A stretch of 64,000 bases of DNA from Eledone cirrhosa (lineage: Eukaryota). Below, in pieces: positions 58,646-64,000 of this stretch (within the stretch, counting starts at the first letter, position 1; each line of letters starts with the position of its first letter). A program made the translations under genes and the position numbers. The stretch spans positions 1-64,000 of the forward strand of contig CAXHJY010000680.1 in assembly GCA_964016885.1 (NCBI GenBank), given 5' to 3'. Under the pieces are notes generated by a model. It searched no databases, was not told the DNA's origin, and saw only the letters and a program-made list of their open reading frames with translations.

Positions 58646-59051
58646 AATAAAAATAGACAAGGGTTAAAATGTCCTCTTCAGTAGTCTTCTGATTTATTGT
58701 TGGTATTTCGACGCATTAAAGACTAGATACCTAAAATCAGTGCGAGTGATAACTGAATTAAGTTATCGGGACAGTGGGAAAAGACTTATGCCCACGTGAT
58801 TCATTGACTTGTCTCTATTTTCCCCTCTTTTCGTTGCATACCACCATGTTTTTGTTTCCTTCCCTCCGTTTTCCCACTGTCCCGATAACTTAATTCAGTT
58901 ATCGCTCGCACTGATTTTAGGTATCGAGTCTTTAATGCGTCGAAATACCAACAATAAATCAGAAGACTACTGAAGAGGACATTTTAACCCTTGTCTATTT
59001 TTATTCATATATTCATGTTCGCAACAACGCAGCACGCCATTTTTCATTCAC

Positions 59052-59054
<3 letters not shown>
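58646..59054 (+). mobile_element. PLE-like 3' end with ~137-bp 5' inversion, embedded in (TA)n
   Basis: Arms ~58646-58782 and ~58869-59005, then a short tail and (TA)n. Same layout as 18760-19138. Confidence 0.8.
58911..58983 (+). ncRNA. hammerhead-like motif with reversed strand order; mirror copy at 58668-58740 (-)
   Basis: GGTAT-C-[T/G]AGTCTT-t-AATGCGTC-GAA-ATACC-13 nt-AAGACTA-CTGAAGA-G-GACATT. Confidence 0.7.
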
Positions 59055-59100
<46 letters not shown>

Positions 59101-59149
59101 CATATATATATATATATATCCTATTATATCATATATATGTATATATGTG

Positions 59150-59251
<102 letters not shown>

Positions 59252-59345
59252 CACATATATACATATATATATGATATAACAGATTATATATATACATATA
59301 TATATATCCTGTTATATCATATATATATGTATATATGTGTATATG

Positions 59346-59381
<36 letters not shown>

Positions 59382-59403
59382 CATATATATATGTATATAT
59401 ATG

Positions 59404-59456
<53 letters not shown>

Positions 59457-59593
59457 ACATATACACATATATACATATATATATGATATAACAGGATATA
59501 TATATATCTATATATATGATATAACAGGTATATAATTATATGATATACACACATATATATATATAAATGCATACATATATATCCTATTATATC

Positions 59594-59674
<81 letters not shown>

Positions 59675-60104
59675 GAAGTGTTTCTGTGTTAGGATTAATC
59701 GCCATGATGGAGGTATAAACCCATTCACATGTTTAATAGTTTTCGCCGTAATTGCACATTTCAAATTTCGTTGACCTTGTGATCCCAATCGTAATACTCA
59801 TCGACCCCAAGTGAGGTCATGACCTTTCACTGAGAAGCTTCACTTTCAAATATATGATAAAAACGGGATCACCACCAGGCTCTTTCGCTTCCATATTTGA
59901 ATATATTTAGCAAGTGTAGATTTGAGATTACTAATAAACAAATACGTTGATAATGGGTTCAACTCTTACAGGACGCGCTATTTTTTCCTGGTTTATTAAT
60001 TTGCTAGATGATTCAACGTACAGCTGATTCAATGTACGGAGATCAGGTCTAGTTAATTATGAAAATCGTTAGAGCGACGATCAAAATGTTTTGAATTACA
60101 TTAT

Positions 60105-60190
60105 ATACGAGGGATGGTTGAAACGTTCATTGGCTGATCAAGATATTCCCATGGAATGACCAAATGAGGTTTATTTTTCAACATAGTCCA
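60105..60190 (+). mobile_element. mariner-like terminal fragment
   Basis: TA-CGAGGGATGGTTGAAACGTTC...TTATTTTTCAACATAGTC resembles mariner TIR and subterminal sequence. Confidence 0.55.
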
Positions 60191-60250
60191 TGGAAAGAAA
60201 CAATGCAGTTAGTAATGAGAAGAGCTAAAATCAATGCATATATATATGCA

Positions 60251-60375
<125 letters not shown>

Positions 60376-61331
60376 ATTTGTTTTGATTAAGCATAAGTTT
60401 GGAAGAGGTGAGTGAGAAATAGTCGATTGAGTAGAGCGACCCTGAAAGAGTATGTGATCACTGGATTTGAACTTCGAACACAGAATGTCAAGACTGGTTC
60501 AACTCTCCAACGGTTCAACCACATCATTGTCTTCTGTTTACATATGTATTAATTAGATTTCATTTTATTATGAAAACCTCACTCATCAAATGAATTGACT
60601 TTCCAAACTGCTTCTACGAAATCTAATATACACAACCTATCGATATTTAGTTGGCTATCACAGACACCATAGCTGCAACTGAAATCGTTAAATTTGAATC
60701 AATAGTACTTTGGAATCGATAATACGAAATTTGTAATGTCTAATTAGCATTTGGAATCAGTAAATATTAGATTGGAATCGGTAATTATCAGCTGTGAATT
60801 TTGATGACATTCAGTGTGAGGTTATTGGCTTCTCGTAGGACCTCCTCTCTTTGGTTTAGCGAAGAATGCAAACCATGTTCGATGCACGGTACTCGTGTCT
60901 GTTTGGTGCTGGTCATCTCTGCAACAAATGCCGTGAGAATTGTCACATCTGTCATTACCATTTATATAATTAACTATTCAAGACATCGCCAAACTTGTGA
61001 TTACAGTTGAAATGTAATAAAAGACTAATGGTTAAACCGGTGCTTTACATTTGTTTAGCGAGAAACAAGAGATCACCTCATCGTCCGTCCGTCCGTATCA
61101 TAGACTACACCCCCCCCCCCATTACCACTACAACACATACACACATACACACACAAACACACACACAAACACACACACAAACACACATACAATCACACAC
61201 AAGCGCACATACAATCACACACACACAAGCGCACATACACACACACATAAAAACACACGCACCCCCCCCCCCACACACACACACATTCCACCAACAAACT
61301 AACTTCTGTTTCACTCTCAATATAACTTCTG

Positions 61332-61630
61332 TGGTGGTAAATCGGTAGACCGTCGGACAACATGCTTTATGGCATAGTGTTATGCTCCTTTACGATCTGA
61401 GTTTAAATCCCGCCGAGGTTAACTTTGCCTTTCATCCTTACGGGATTGATAAAATAAAGTACCAGTAATACACTGGTGTAATTGCTAGCCTTGTGCCAAA
61501 AGTAGAAACAATAATTGTGATACCATAACAACCAACTTACTATGTAGTACCAGTAATGCACTGTGGTCTATGTAATCTACTTTCCCCTCCCCCCAAAATT
61601 GTTGGCCTTGTGCCTAAATCAGAAACCAAT
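61332..61630 (+). mobile_element. SINE family A with duplicated 3' end
   Basis: Short tail ending GTAGAAACAAT (61511), then a second tail ending TCAGAAACCA (61629). Confidence 0.85.
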
Positions 61631-61991
61631 ATATTATATTTCTGTGGCTTCTAATGTTAGGAGAGAGCGAGGAAATAAAAACGAACCTCAATAAAATATT
61701 GTGTTTTTATCCGTAACTCTTAATGGAGTCGTAGCATATGTCTCTTCTTGGGGCAGCATTTTAAACTCTGAGGAGACCATACAATCACCAAATCGTGAAA
61801 CAACCGCTTTATTCTAGACAAGGAGAGTGATAGAAAAGAAGTGAGAAAAAGGTATAGAGGAAGAGTCGACCCACTAGCCCTGTACAAGTAGCGTTTATAG
61901 AAATTAAAGAAATTAAAGATGCCTGTACTCTATTAACGTATTGAGTACCTTTTTTTTAACTGTAGTCACCTCGTAGTATCCATCGGGAATC

Positions 61992-62057
<66 letters not shown>

Positions 62058-62444
62058 CATACATATGTATAAATATAGATTTTGCGAGAATCGCATTTCG
62101 GCGGGTAGAAAAGGCGAAACGAAACGCAAAAATCAGAAATAATGGTGGCAAGAGCTCCGTAGTTAAAAAACCAGAGCTAAACAATATGTTAAGAGGCCAT
62201 ACAAAACTGAAAAAGTGGTCAAGAAAGCATCAACCACCTAAGCCAAAAAGCAAATGAAGCTAATCAGGTCAAAACAAAATAAATGATAAAAAAACACAAA
62301 CCTGGACCCGTGGGAATTGATGTTAAAATCCAAATGCAGGGTTTCTATGACACCTAAATCATAATACTGTCTGCTTAAAAATATAAGCTTTAGGTATAAT
62401 GATCGAACAGGGAATGTCACGTTATCAACAGGTATTTTGCTCTG

Positions 62445-62508
<64 letters not shown>

Positions 62509-62545
62509 ATATATATATACGTATATATGTATGTATGTATATATG

Positions 62546-62626
<81 letters not shown>

Positions 62627-62638
62627 TATATATTTGTG

Positions 62639-62676
<38 letters not shown>

Positions 62677-62679
62677 CAC

Positions 62680-62726
<47 letters not shown>

Positions 62727-62751
62727 CATATATATATATATACATATATAT

Positions 62752-62783
<32 letters not shown>

Positions 62784-62959
62784 GTAGGTACGTGTGGGTG
62801 TTGGCTGTTGTCAGATATAATAAAATAGATGGTACATAATGCAAACGTGTATTATCCAATAAAAAACACATAACAATAACAAGATGCATAAAAACAGACA
62901 TTCGTTAATAATAGATATTCTAGCATTACTTCTGATAATGTTATCAAATATCGTTCTAC

Positions 62960-63117
<158 letters not shown>

Positions 63118-63353
63118 ATATATATAAATATGTATATATGTATGTATATATATATGTATATACATATATGTATATATATGTATATATGTATGTATGTATA
63201 TATGTATATACATATATGTATATATATGTATATATGTATGTATGTATATATGTATGTATATATATATATATATATATATAGGTATTTGAAGGCTTGTACA
63301 TAAGCTTCTACCTACATATGTGTTAGTGAGTATCTACATAGCCATATGTACAA

Positions 63354-63384
<31 letters not shown>

Positions 63385-63926
63385 CACACTTATACACACA
63401 CTTATACACACACACACACATATATATATACACACACACACATATATATATATATATACATACATATATACATACATACATATATACATACATACATATA
63501 TTCATACATATATACATACATATATACATATATACATAATATACATATATAAAATATAATAAATATAAATTATAGATGAATTAAAATAAACAAAGAAGAA
63601 AACCCCAATAACATCTCGTAGTATATAAAATATTATTATCTTTAGTAATAAATGATATAAAATATTTCGTTTATTGCCGAAAATCAAATGATTTGGCAAT
63701 GTAGAAGTCGATGAAATCGTCTGCTCCTGAAAGCGTCAAACATGGCCTATGATTTACTCCATATATAACATACATTAGTTGAAATTGTTATCATCATTAA
63801 CATTGTTATTATTAGTATTATTATTATCATTATTACATTTATTATTACAATTGTTGCTGTTAGGTATTTCTTCGTTTCTTTTCGCTGTTATTTCGTGGTT
63901 ATTAAATACTAAACATGCACACATAC

Positions 63927-64000
<74 letters not shown>

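Noticed and set aside
61687-61767. 81-nt AG/GT-bounded candidate exon on the minus strand
   Set aside because: Stop codons occur in all three frames.

Overview
This is a very AT-rich, gene-poor animal genomic window dominated by (TA)n, (CA)n, (TATG)n and other microsatellites. The SINE types and microsatellite load suggest a coleoid cephalopod such as Octopus (inference). Nearly all ORFs in the supplied track are microsatellite artefacts, and no host gene could be identified with confidence. The unique islands between the (TA)n tracts are mostly retroelement debris. They include 3' ends of several Penelope-like element (PLE) families (GIY-YIG endonuclease remnants, 5' inversions or palindromes, and more than a dozen intact or degenerate hammerhead ribozyme motifs), RTE-type LINE 3' ends, two tRNA-derived SINE families, Tc1/mariner MITEs, a Helitron-like fragment, and a solo LTR inside an inverted minisatellite. 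The headline observation is a hammerhead-like motif whose three strands occur in the reverse cyclic order, so it is not type I, II or III. It is seen in two sequence-divergent element families (58.7/58.9 kb and 3.4/7.1 kb) with conserved spacing and compensatory stem changes, making it a candidate new pseudoknotted or trans-assembling hammerhead topology. All structures were folded by eye and no database search was run.
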